Positions 1-13,529 of a stretch of DNA of 64,000 bases are shown here, piece after piece (the stretch's first letter is position 1; each line of letters starts with the position of its first letter). The position numbers were made by a program, and so were the translations under genes. The notes beneath the pieces were generated by a model that saw only the letters and a program-made list of their open reading frames with translations, was not told the origin of the DNA and searched no databases. This DNA is from Octopus sinensis (lineage: Eukaryota), in contig NC_043011.1 in NCBI RefSeq assembly GCF_006345805.1, positions 8,866,001-8,930,000 of the forward strand. Direction: 5' to 3'.

Positions 1-339
1 AAAATATCACAGATGAGTGAGGCCGAAATATGTTTTGTTCAAATTAGGGCCATGCTGTGAACCTCTATTATTTACTAAATCAACATTATTGCCGTATATG
101 TAGCTCATCCGGTCACGGCTAGGTGGCGCTGTAATCAACGGGTCATTAATAACACGATACTCTATTCATTAAGCCAACAATTAAGGTCCTGTGTCTCGTA
201 AGAGAGATCTACTTTTCGCATAAAATGCAAGATATTTAGAATTGGGTGTGTGGGGGTATTTTGTAAATATCATCGAGTGTATGTATGTGTGTGTATGTGT
301 GTGTCTGCGTTTCTGTGTGTGTATATATATATAAACGAA

Positions 340-610
340 CCTCCACCAACTATTCTGTCTATATATCTGTGCACACCTTTCAATGCCAGAAGGTTTGCAA
401 ATCTTAACGGAGGCCTCAAAAGACATTTTAAGATCCACAAAGATCAGAACTTATCTGCAGCTCTTGGTGGTCCAAATCGGATATGCAATCTACGTGGGTG
501 CCTTTCCAATACATTGTCTGGTTTAAAAAGCCACATCAAACGCCATGATGGACCTGAAGTGTAAATACAAGAGGCGGTCAGACTCTGCATGAGGAGTAGA
601 CAACCACCAT
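340..610 (+). mobile_element. Decayed LINE 3' end (RTE-like) with two degenerate C2H2-type zinc fingers
   Basis: Across frameshifts reads YIC..CQKVCKS.GGLKRHFKIH and ICNLRGCLSNTLSGLKSHIKRH, then stop and short tail into a microsatellite. Confidence 0.5.
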
Positions 611-1404
611 ATGCATATGTGTGTGTGTGTGAGTGTGTGTGGAAAAAAAGTCAAGGTAGAAAATGGTAAAATAATTTTATAAAAAACATTTCACTACCAG
701 TTTCGGTCATTGAAACTTCAACTCTAAATATGGAAAACAATTAGATTCTGGAAAAATTAAATGAAAAGTATTTTAACAGAATATTTGCATAGTATTCAAA
801 AACCAGGGGCATTTTCCTTGTTTCTGCCTGTCTCTGTCTCTCTTGTTTACTCTTATATGCATACTTATATACATACATGCATACATGTACAGACATATGC
901 ATGTATATATTCATGTATGCATGTATGAATGTGGGTATGTTGTGAAACTAACAATTTATTAGTGCACTCCGGCACTTGAGTCCCTTCTCTGATTTTCTAC
1001 TGATTAAGAAATATATATACCCGTGTATATAAAAGGAAGAGGAAGTAGAGTAACGGTGGAGCGGTAGAGGAGGACCAAAGTTTTTAACAAGACTTCAGAA
1101 TTGAAGGCGGCAGAGCAAAGGATACATAGACAATGCCGTTGAGATTCACATAAACAAGATAGAAGAGAGGAAGAAGAGGAGAATGAAGAAGGCAATATAA
1201 GGGGTGGCTTGCAGGGCACTGAGATCGGTAAGGAATGGTTAGAAATGTAAAAGAAAAATTTGCTAATGTCCAGAGAAGACATCAGTATGAATGGACAATA
1301 ATGTATAATGTGTAATAGTCCGTGAGAAAATGTCACGGAGCGGGAATAGATCGGAGGGTGAGTGTGGTAAATAGAACAGCAAACAAGCTATTTTTTTTTT
1401 TTTT

Positions 1405-2790
1405 GTCTTCTACAACGTGAACATAAGTCATTCTGCACGCCAGAAGATACCACCTTTATAAAGATGGAATGGGCGGCATTGACGTTTGTGTGGGTACCTC
1501 TGATGGAGCTGAAATCAGTGAAATAGACGGCTTGTTACTTCTCAATGAAATAGAAGTATTTATATATGACTTGTATAGGAATGATGTGTTTATGATATTG
1601 AATACTGCGATCAAGAGCATAACTGATACTTTACGAAATCAATAATTATACCACTCCATAATTCAATAATGTGATAGTCGAACCGATTGTTACAACGGTA
1701 AACTTTCTGGGCATCACACGTAATCTAAACTCAAAATTGCTGAAGTCCTTTAAGAGAGCAACTAGCAAATCCTTATACATCCATACGCAGTTGGACCACC
1801 CACCAAAAGTCCTAATAGGCATCAACGAGAGAACAAAGGCGTTCTCTTCGGACAAATCCACACTTAACAGAACCACGAAATAATAATGTATCGACGTATT
1901 ATCATGTTGCTGATATCATAAAGGAATCGATTAGTCCTCACCATCAACTAGTAACCGCCCTAAAAGTACTGGGGAGAGAAATATAATATCATAATCTGCC
2001 ATACAACAGTGGAACAAAAACCAGCGACGCAAAAGATATTCTCTTCGTAATCAAAAAATATTTGTCGATCTACCGCTGATTCCCAAGACAAGATGAAGTT
2101 AAGTCACATCTGCATGGAAAATAGAAATGTTGGTAAGATTCACAAAGCAAGACAAATACAAAATGGAGAATAACCAATATACAATTACAATTACCGAAAT
2201 ATGAAGTTGCCCAAACGGAGAAATGCGTAGAAAATATCGTTGTACGGCGTTGCTGTGTTCACCGTGACAAATCAACAGGCTGAATAAGCTTTCCAGATCA
2301 TTGTTTCAAAAATCGCCAGAACCAGAGAATTTTGTCATCGATACTAAGAGAACACTTCACCACATTCGAAACATATTTGGAATTTAAAGAAACATCAGCA
2401 GTGTTATATGAGCAACGTTAGACGAGGCAGAAGCTTCTAGGGTCCGAAGCAAGTCCTACCACTTCTTATTTCTTGATTGCCCACAAGGGGCTAAACACAG
2501 AGGGGAGAAACAAGGACAGACAAACGGATTAAGTCGATTACATCGACCTCAGTGCGTAACTGGTACTTAATTTATCGACCCCGAAAGGATGAAAGGCAAA
2601 GTCGACCTCGACGGAATTTGAACTCAGAACATAGCGGCAGACGAAATACGGCTACGCATTTCGACCGGCGTGCTAACCATTCTGCCAGCTCGCCGCTTCT
2701 ACGCCACAAGTAACTTCACTTACTTCTCCAATGGCAAAACTGATTGAATTTCAAACTGCTGAAACATTCTTCCTTGGAATTTTCGGATAA
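1405..2790 (+). mobile_element. Degenerate Penelope-like retroelement (Naiad-like RT plus C-terminal GIY-YIG endonuclease), interrupted by a SINE at 2463-2696
   Basis: Remnants: IDVCVGTSDGAEISEIDGLLLLN (cf. FDVTMGSYDGAEVCELVGL), DLYRND (cf. GLYRDD), TVNFLGITRNLN...LYIHTQLDHPP, CP.NG.C..NIVY, SKHIWNLK; many stops and frameshifts. Confidence 0.8.
2463..2696 (-). mobile_element. tRNA-derived SINE family A (full length)
   Basis: Head GCGGCGAGCTGGCAGAA..GTTAGCAC, B-box-like GAGTTCAAATTCC, core GGTCGACTTTGCCTTTCATCCTTTCGGGGTCGATAAATTAAGTACCAG; near-identical copies at 35255-35500, 57806-58040, 62328-62560. Confidence 0.9.
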
Positions 2791-3389
2791 GAATTCGGCA
2801 CGAAGTGGTATAAATGGTATAAAAGACAGTTGACTTCAACGATTTCAGAATCATTTGGCCTTTGACAATCAAGATTTGAACCCTGAACACTGTGAACGGT
2901 CGTTTTTCTCAATCCACTCAGGTGTGCACTCGACGGACAAACCGATTACAAGAAACCGGGACCCAGAATGGTAATTCCTCTTTACTCTACATATAGATAA
3001 ACACCCCCCACACACACACACAATAATATACATGCGCACAGATACATGCATACGCAAAGTACACACACATAGCTACATAATAACTGACGCAGGAAATGAA
3101 AGATATCGGGTTGGTGCAGAATTATTGCGGCTTTTTTTCAGCAAATTTTATTCAACAAAAACAATAGCAACATGTTACAAAAACATCTTTAAATGTTTAT
3201 TCCGGAGCATATTCACCATCCACTTCAATTACTGCTTCCCATTTGCTTGGCAGGCGGTCAGACCATCATTTAAGGATGTTTTGTTAAATATTGTTATTGT
3301 GTTTGTTGAATAAAATTTGTTGAAAAAAAGCCGCAATAATTATGTACCAACCCAATATATATATATATGTATGTATGTATATATATGTG

Positions 3390-4280
3390 TGTCATCATCA
3401 TCATTGTTCGACCGTGATCGAGACAATGGAATTTACCATGCTACGCCAGACTTCACGGTCCATCATGGCATTACGGAGGTCCTGTTGCTGGATGCCTGTA
3501 TCCCTGGAGATTACATCAGGTAGGAGTGTGTGCGTCCTCTGGTATTGCGAGTAGATGGCTTTCCAGAGGAGAAGAGTAGAAATTACCTCTTTTTCAGCTC
3601 TACAACAATGTCCAGCAAACTGGACTCTCTTACCTTTCACAAGAGTTGACACAGGTGGTAGTTTCCCATATATTTGCATCTCATGAGCTCTCATAAGGAG
3701 GCGAGTGTAGGTTCCATCCAACCGCCTCTCAAGCTTCTTTGATAACGTCCAGGTTTCTGAGCCATATAGTAGAATTGGTTCGACTGTGGCTTTGAATATT
3801 TCAAGTTTGAAGTCTCTACTTAGATTTGATGACCAGATCTTATGCATGTCATTACAGGCTGACCAGGCCATACCCTTTCTAGTGAGAAAGTCTTTTCCAG
3901 ATGATGATATGTATGACCCAAGATATTTATAATCAGAAACCATATTAAAGGTGCACTGTTGAGAGTGTGGATGATGCAATCACTGTGGACAGGCACTTGT
4001 TATGTATTCAGTCTTGGCCTCATTGAGGTAAAGACCTACACATTTGAGGCTTGTTCAAGAGATTGTAAAAGAGATGGGGCATTGAGAGAGAATCACTGAT
4101 AAGAGCGATGTCGTCAGCAAAGTCAGTGTCTGTCAAGTACTCAGCTGGGTGTCTGGAACTTCTGGTTTTAAAGCCCTTGCCAGAGATGGTATCAACTGAC
4201 ATACGTAGCACATAGTCAACAACGATGATGAAAAGAAATGGGGCGAGTGTGTCTCCCTGCAGTATTCCGGCTTTGAATAC
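3390..4280 (-). mobile_element. 5'-truncated RTE-group LINE (RT C-terminal half), copy 1
   Basis: GILQGDTLAPFLFIIVVDY, DFADDIALI, YKYLGSYI, ILLYGSETWTL; (GAT)n tail; homologous to 15617-16142. Confidence 0.9.
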
Positions 4281-4569
4281 TGTGTGTGGTGTGTGTGTGA
4301 ATATGTGTGTGGTGTGTGTGCGTGTGTGTATAGCAGTAGTCTGAACTGACATATACCCATTAGCTCCACCCCCACCCCCGCAAAAAAATTACATACATAG
4401 ATACATATATATACGCGCATAAAAGATGCACACAACATACGTACACAAATACATGCATACATACACATACGTGCACATATACATACATTATATGTATATA
4501 CACGCAGACATATATATGCCATTCTGTTTCTAGTTCACTTCGTCACCATTACTGCAATTGCCAAAGAGC

Positions 4570-4685
4570 ACCACCACCGCCACCGCCACCACTACCACCA
4601 CTACCGCCATCGCCACCACCACAACCACCACAACCACCACCAACACCACCTCCATCACAACCGCCGCCACCACCACCACCACCGT
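4570..4685 (+). repeat. (CAC/CCA)n trinucleotide tract
   Basis: Imperfect ACC repeats visible directly. Confidence 0.85.
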
Positions 4686-4919
4686 TAAATTCCTACCAAG
4701 TTCCTCTGCTCCATTTCATATAAAATGAACAGACTTTCTGTTGACCACCTCTTCCTCTCCATCTCTCTCTTACTTTCATTTTCTCTTTCTCTCTCTTTCT
4801 TTCACACACACTCTCTCTCTCCTCACTCTCCCCTCTCTCTCTCTCTCTCTCTGTATGTATGCCTTTACCTCTCTCTACTGTTCTTTCCCCCTCCTCCTCT
4901 TTCTATTTACATTTGTCCT

Positions 4920-5554
4920 ATGTATGTATGTATTGTATGTATGCATGTATGTATGTATGCATGTATGTATGTATGTATGTATGTATGTATGTATGTATGT
5001 ATGTATGTATGTATGTATGTATGTATTGTATGTATGTATGTATGTATGTATGTATTGTATGCATGTATGTATTGTATGTATGTATTGTATGTATGTATGT
5101 ATGTATGTATGTATTGTATGTATGTATGTATGTATTGTATGTAGTATGTATGTATGTATATATGTATGTATGTATGTATTGTATGTATGTATGTATGTAT
5201 GTATGTATGTATTGTATGTATGTATGTATTGTATGTATGTATGTATGCATGTATGTATTGTATGTATGTATGCATGTATGTATGTATGTATTGTATATAT
5301 GTATGTATTGTATGTATGTATGTATGTATTGTATATATGTATGTATGTATGTATTGTATGTATGTATGTATTGTGTGTATGTATGTATGTATTGTATGTA
5401 TTGTATATATGTATGTATGTATGTATTGTATGTATGTATGTATTGTGTGTATGTATGTATGTATGTATGTATGTATGTATTGTATGTATGTATGTATGTA
5501 TGCATGTATTGTATTGTATGTATGCATGTATGTATGTATGTATTGTATGCATGC

Positions 5555-5587
<33 letters not shown>

Positions 5588-5834
5588 TGTATGTATGTAT
5601 GTATTGTATGTATGCATATATGTATGTATGTATTGGATGTATGTATGTATGTATGTATGTATGTATTGTATGTATGCATATATGTATGTATGTATTGTAT
5701 GTATGTATTGTATGTATGTATGTATGTATGTATGTATGTATGTATGTATGTATGTATGCATGTATGTATGCATATATGTATGTATGTATTGTATGTATGT
5801 ATTGTATGTATGTATGTATGTATTGTATGTATGC

Positions 5835-5867
<33 letters not shown>

Positions 5868-5962
5868 TTGTATGTATGCATATATGTATGTATGTATTGT
5901 ATGTATGTATTGTATGTATGTATGTATGTATGTATGTATGTATGTATGTATTGTATGTATGC

Positions 5963-5995
<33 letters not shown>

Positions 5996-6837
5996 TTGTA
6001 TTATGCATATATGTATGTATGTATTGTATGTATGTATTGTATGTATGTATGTATGTATGTATGTATTGTATGTATGTATGTATGTATGTATGTATTGTAT
6101 GTATGTGTGTATGTATGTATGTATTGTATGTATGTATGTATGTATGTATGTATGTATGTATTGTATGTATGTATGTATGTATGTATGTATGTATGTATTG
6201 TATGTATGTGTGTATGTATGTATGTGTGTATGTATGTATGTATGTATGTATTGTATGTATTGTATGTATTATGTGTTGTATGTATGTATGTATGTATGTA
6301 ATTGTATTGTATGTATGTGTTGTATGTATGTATGTATGTATGTATGTATGTAGTATGTATGTATGTTGTATGTATGTTGTATGTATGTATGTATGTATGT
6401 ATGTATGTATGTGTTGTATGTATGTATGTATTGTATGTATGTATTGTATGTATGTATTGTATGTATGTATTGTATGTATGTATGTATGTATGTATGTGTG
6501 TATGTATGTATGTATTGTATGTATTGTATGTATTGTATGTATGTATGTGTTGTATGTATGTATGTATGTATGTATGTATTGTATGTATGTATGTATGTAT
6601 GTATTGTATGTATGTATGTATTGTATGTATGTAGTATGTATGTATGTATGTATGTATTGTATGTATGTATGTATTGTATGTATGTATGTATGTATGTATG
6701 TATGTATGTATGTATGTATGTATGTATTGTATGTATGTATGTATGTATGTATGTATGTATGTATGTATTGTATGTATGTATGTATGTATGCATGTATGTA
6801 TGTATGTATTGTATGTATGTATTGTATGTATGTATTG

Positions 6838-6871
<34 letters not shown>

Positions 6872-7251
6872 TGTATGTATGTATGTATGTATGTATGTAT
6901 GTATTGCATGTATGTATGTATTGTATGTATGTATTGTATGTATGTATGTATGTATTGTATGTATGTATTGTATGTATGTATGTATGTATGTATTGTATGT
7001 ATGTATGTATGTATGTATGTATGTATGTATTGTATGTATGTATGTATTGTATGTATGTATGTATGTATGTATGTATGTATGTATGTATGTAGTTATTGTT
7101 ATTGTATGTATGTAGTGTATGTATGTATGTATGTTGTATGTATGATTGTATGTATGTATGTATGTATGTATGTATGTATGTATTGTATGTAGGTATGTAT
7201 GTATGCATGTATGTAGTATGTATTGTATGTATGTATTGTATGCATGTATTG

Positions 7252-7285
<34 letters not shown>

Positions 7286-7400
7286 TGTACTATGTATGTA
7301 TGTATGTATGTATGTAGTGTATGTATGTATGTATTGTATGTATGTATGTATGTATGATGTATGTATGTATTGTATGTATGTATTGATTGTATGATGTATG

Positions 7401-7432
<32 letters not shown>

Positions 7433-9890
7433 TGTATGGTATGTGTGTATGTATGTATGTGTTGTAATGTATGTATGTATTGTATGTATGTATTGTACGT
7501 ATGTATGTATGTATGTATTGTATGTATGTATGTATGTATGTTATGTGTGTATGTATTGTGTGTATGTATGTATGTATTGTAGTATTGTATGTATTGTATG
7601 TGTGTATGTTGTTTGTATGTATGTTGTATTGTTTACGTATGTATGTATGTATGTATTGTAGTATGTATGTATGTATGTTATGTATGTATGTAGTGTATGT
7701 ATGTATGTATTGTATGTATGTAGTATGTATGTATGTATGTGTTGTATATATGTATGTAGTATGTATTGTATGTATGTATGTATGTATGTATGTATGTTTA
7801 TATATGTATTGTATGTATGTATTGTATGTTGTATGTATGTTGTATGTTATGTATGTATGTATGTATGTATGTATGTATGTATCTGTATGTTTCTGTATGT
7901 ATGTATTGTATTGTATGTATTGTATGATTGTTATGATTATATGTATGTTGTATGTATGTATGTATGTATTGTATGTATGTATGTATGTATGTATGTATGT
8001 CTTGTATGTATGTCAGTGTATGTTGTGATTGTCTGTATTGTTGTGTATGTTCTTGTATGTTTCTGTGTATGTATTGTTATGTGTGTTGTATGTATGTATG
8101 GTATGTATGTATTGTGTTTATTGTAGGTATGTATGTGTTGTATGTATGTATGTTTTATTGTATGTATGTATGTATGTATGTCTGTATGTATTATTGTGTG
8201 TGTATGGATGTAGTATTGTATGTATTGATGTTTATTGTATGTATGTATGTGTTGTATGTATGTAGTAGTATGTATGTATTGTATGTATGTCTGTATGTAG
8301 TATATCATGTATGTATGTATGTATGTATGTATTGTATGTATGTATTGTAGTATGTAGTATGTATGTATTGTATGTATGTATGTATGTATGTATGTTTGTA
8401 TGTATGTATGTATTGTATGTATTGTATGTATGTATTGGTATGTCTATGTATGTGTATGTATTGTATTGTATGTATGTATGTATGTATGTATTATGTATGT
8501 AATGTATGTATTGTATGATGTATGTATGTATGTATGATGTATGTATGTATGTATTGTATGATTGTATGTATGTATGTATTGTATATATGTATGTATTGTA
8601 TGTATGTATGTATGTATGTATGTATGTATGGTATTGTCTGTATTGTATGTATGTATGTACGTATGTATGTATGTATGTTGTATATTGTATGTATTGTATG
8701 TATGTATTGTATGTATGTATGTATGTATGTATGTATGTATGTGTTATGTATGTGTGTATGTATGTATGTGTGTGTATGTTGTATTGTATGTATTGTATGA
8801 TGTATTGTATGTATGTATGTAGATGTATGTATGTATGTATGTATGTATGTATGTATGTGTATGGTATGTTGTATGTGTGTATGTATGTATGTGTGTCTGT
8901 CTGATGTATGTATTGTATGTTATTGTATGTATTGTATGTATGTATTGTGTGTTTGTTGTGTATGTTTTGTCTGTTTGTTGTATGTATTCTGTTGTATGTA
9001 TTGTATGTATGTATGTATTGTATGTTTGATGTATGTATGTATTGTTATGTATGTATGTATTGTATGTATTGTATGTATTGTATGTATGTATATGTATGTA
9101 TTGTGCTGTATGTATGTATGTATGTAGGTATTGTATGTATGTATGTATGTATGTATTTATATTGTATGTATGTATATATGTATTGTATGTCTGTATGTAT
9201 GTATGTATTATGTATGAATGTATGTATGTATGTATGTATGTATGTATTGTATTGTTTAGTATGTATGTATTATTGTATGTATGATGTATGTATGTATTGT
9301 ATGTTATAATGTATGTATGTATGTATGTATGTATTGTATGTATGTATGAATGTATGTATGCATGTATGTATGTATGTATGTATGTATTGTATGTATGTAT
9401 GTATGTATTGTATTGTATGTATGCATGTATGTATGTATATATGTATGTATTGTATGTATGTATGTATTGTATGTATGTATGAATGTATGTATGCATGTAT
9501 GTATGTATGTATGTATGTATGTATATATGTATTGTATGTATGCATGTATGTATGTATATATGTATGTATTGTATGTATTGTATGTATGTATGTATGTACG
9601 TATGTATATATATATATGTATTGTATGTACGTATGTATGTATGTATTGTATGTATGTATGTATGTATGTATGTATGTATATATATATATATATGTATTGT
9701 ATGTACGTATGTATGTATGTATTGTATGTATGGATGGATGTATTGATCTATCTATCTATTTATCTATGCATATATACCTGTCTGTCTGTTTGTCTCTCTA
9801 TCTATCTATCTGTATGTATGTATGTATGTATGCATGCTTGTATGTATGTATTATGTATCTATCTATCTCTGTGAATATGTATGCGTCCAT
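4920..9890. repeat. About 5-kb (TATG)n tetranucleotide array with TATTG interruptions
   Basis: Seen directly; source of the YVCM/HTYI pseudo-ORFs. Confidence 0.98.
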
Positions 9891-10621
9891 GTAGGTAGAT
9901 GGATATACATGTATGTATATGCATTGAAGAATGCAACTATGTATGTTTCTACCTAAGTCTTTGAGCGATGTGTGTATGTGTTTCTACTCGTGTGTATGTG
10001 CATGTATATGTATGTGTGTGTCTTTATGTATCTGTATGCGCGTGAATACATTTGTATATATTTGCAAGCATGCATAAATGTTTGGATGCATACCTTTCTA
10101 TAAAATTGTGTGTGTGTGTGTGTGTGTGTGGTTGCCAATTTCTAATGAATGTATGTATTTGAATACGCGCCTATATATCTACTCATGTGTGTGTGTTCGC
10201 GCGCACATACACGAATAAATACATACACACTTATATACACAAATACAGATATATATGTGTGTGTGTGTACGTATGCATATGTATATACATATATATATAT
10301 ATATATATATGCATGCAGTGTTTTTGTGTGTATATGTCTCTTCTATGTTATATACACGCATGTAAGACAGGTTATAAATTTTGAAACAAAATGAATATAT
10401 ATATCATAAACACACACACACACAATCACAAACACACACACACACCACACACACACAATCACACACGTCTTGGAATCCGGAAAGCGCGCGCTAGTTAACG
10501 AGATATATGTTGAAGAGCGCCCTCTGCGAAATACCTTCAGCAGAAATCTTAAGTGGTTCCAGCAGAATTTATGGTTTGTTTCTCAATGAAACGCAATTGT
10601 TGTTGTTGTTATTGCCGTATA

Positions 10622-10655
<34 letters not shown>

Positions 10656-11725
10656 AGTATTGTTATCGTTGCTGCCATGTTGTTGTTGTTCTTTCTTTTA
10701 TTACAACAGTTGTTATCTTATTGTTGTTGATATTCTTATTGTCGTCACTGCTAGTAGTATTGTTGTTGTTGTTGTTGTTTGTTTACAGAATCGCTCGAGC
10801 GGCGAATGAAATCCGTTGCAGTATTTGTCGTGGCCCTTCATGCTCTGAGTTCAATTCCGGCTGAAGTCAGTTTTCTCTTTCGTCCTTCCCGGACCGATGA
10901 AATGAAGGACCAGTATTGTTACTGGGATTGAAAACTAGAATCCAATGAAACCCCTCACCCAAAACTGCAGACCTTGTACCTAAATTCGAAATTAAATCAA
11001 CACCGGTCATCTCTAATCAACGAAGATCTCTGGCCAAGATTAACCCTATCTCGCCTTTTATTATTTATTTATTTTCCCCTTTTAATCACGGAAACAAAAA
11101 GGCTGCACCGATAACTCTTTACTTTTTGAGGGACCTCAGAAACTTCAGGATGAAAGAGAACTGGAAAGAGTTCTGCTACAAAACAAAACCAATGAACGGA
11201 CGGAAGTCACCACTCAATGAACAACTAACATAAAACAAAAAAACTCACCACAGTCAGTTATTTGATGTTGTGATACCTCGTCCAAGAACAATAACCTTCC
11301 AACTATCTCGATGTTTGTCTTTTAGTTTCGGTCTACCAAATCCACTCACAAGGCTTTGGTCAACCCGAGGCTATAGTAAGAAGATACTTGCCCAAGGTGC
11401 CACGCAGTGGGACTGAATCCAGAAACATGTGGTTGCGAAGCAAGCTTCTTACCACACAGCCACCGCAATGCTTTAATTATAAAAGCTGCAAACTATGACT
11501 GTTAGTTTCACGTTCCCGTTCGTCGGACAGTTATGATGCGTGTGGTGTGTGTGTGTCTATATACATTTAAATATGTATACATACATATATATATATATGT
11601 ATATCTGTATGCATGTGTATACACAAACACATACATACATATGCACACATATGCTCACACGCATACACACACACGTGCACATGCTTGTATATACATGTAT
11701 GTAGAATATAGACAAATCCCGTGAG

Positions 11726-11772
11726 CTGTTACTCTGGAGTTTCCCCCAACGTTTTGCCGATTCATCAGACAA
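11726..11772 (-). ncRNA. Minimal type-I hammerhead ribozyme-like motif (Penelope pLTR type)
   Basis: Minus strand: UUGU-CUGAUGA-AUCGGCAAAACGUUGGGG-GAA-ACUC CA GAGU-A-ACAG; intact core, stem III ACUC/GAGU, GUA triplet, 4-bp stem I, weak stem II. Confidence 0.6.
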
Positions 11773-12487
11773 AACGAAATACGCAGTCTACTTCCGTCTG
11801 GCAACAACATCAGGAAACTTCTGGTTATTCTTTCATCTTGTTCATATTCAGCATGTTTTCGCTTCCAATGATCTTTCCACGTTACTTTAAGCATTCCATC
11901 ATGGACAATGATATCTCCCCGGCCTTTCTGTACGCAAACATTAATCTCCCGATCTATTCATCATAGCGATGGACAGTTGGGTGGGTAGGAAACCTTTCTC
12001 TTAGTTCTCTTCTTTACCCCTCTCAAAGCTACATCAAAAATTATCTGCAATGGTGATCACATAATTCAGTAATATATTTAACATCATCATCATCATCGTC
12101 ATCGGCTTAGACTCCACTCTACCATAATTGCATGAATTAGACGAATTTCGTTGGCAGATTCTCTACGGCTGGATGCCCTTCCTGTCGCAAACTCTCGCCT
12201 GTATCCAATCAGGTAATATTGCTCCATGGCTTTAACGTTTTCAAGAAAGACTGGAATCGTGGGACACCACTTGTATGATGGTGCCACATAGCGTCAAGAC
12301 AGGGAGATACACACACAGACAAACACACACACGCGATGGGCTTCTTCCAGTGTCCACCTACCAAATCCATTCACAAGAATCTGGTTACCCCGTGTATAGT
12401 AGAAGATACTTGCCCAAGGTGCCAAGTAGTGGGACTGGCCCTGAAACCACAGCTTTGGTGATACAAACATGAAAATAAAAGTCAAAA

Positions 12488-12700
12488 CATATATATATAT
12501 ATATATATATAAAAGATTTTATAAATAATTTGTAGATATATGTATGAGTGTATATATATATGTGTGCGTGTGTGTGTATGCATATATATATATATGGATG
12601 TGTGTGTATATATACATATATATAAGGATATATTGTATGTGTGTGTATATACATATATATAAGGATATATATGTATATATATATTGTATGTTATATATAC

Positions 12701-12731
<31 letters not shown>

Positions 12732-12888
12732 GTATGTATATATATATATAAATATATGTATATATATGTATATATATATATGTATGTATATATATATATT
12801 ATGTATATATATATATATATTATGTATATATAATATATATATATATTATATGATATATATATATATATAATATAATATATATATTATA

Positions 12889-12922
<34 letters not shown>

Positions 12923-12976
12923 TATATATATATATATATGTAATATATATATATTGTATATATATATATGTATATA

Positions 12977-13027
<51 letters not shown>

Positions 13028-13202
13028 GTATATATATATACATATATATATACATATATATATATATACATATATATATATTATCCATATATATTATATA
13101 TATATATACATATATATACATATATATATACATATATATACATATATATATATATATATAAATATACATATATATATATTATATATAATATATATATATA
13201 TT

Positions 13203-13236
<34 letters not shown>

Positions 13237-13418
13237 ATATACATATATATATATATATATATACATACATATATATATATACATATATATATATATAATA
13301 AACATATATATCCTTATATATATGTATATATACACACATATATATATATACATATATATCCTTATATATATGTATATATACACACACATCCATATATATA
13401 TATGCATACACACACATA

Positions 13419-13449
<31 letters not shown>

Positions 13450-13482
13450 ATATATATATGTATATATATATATAATATATGC

Positions 13483-13529
<47 letters not shown>

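Noticed and set aside
2180-2240. Possible selenocysteine (UGA) codons in the Naiad-like endonuclease Cys motif
   Set aside because: Positions read TAC/TGC, not TGA; no evidence of Sec recoding in this copy
4725-9894. Very long ORFs (783, 777, 480 aa and others) of YVCM/HTYI repeats
   Set aside because: Translations of the (TATG)n/(CATA)n array, which has few stop codons; no coding signal
10508-10545. TTGAAGAGCGCCCTCTGCGAAATACC as a hammerhead
   Set aside because: C3 is missing, there is no stem III or cleavage triplet, and no stem I
11120-11310. Possible exon(s) of another gene (plus-strand GPQKLQDEREL...; minus-strand GTGAGT donor near 11240)
   Set aside because: Short, no homology and no linked exons found
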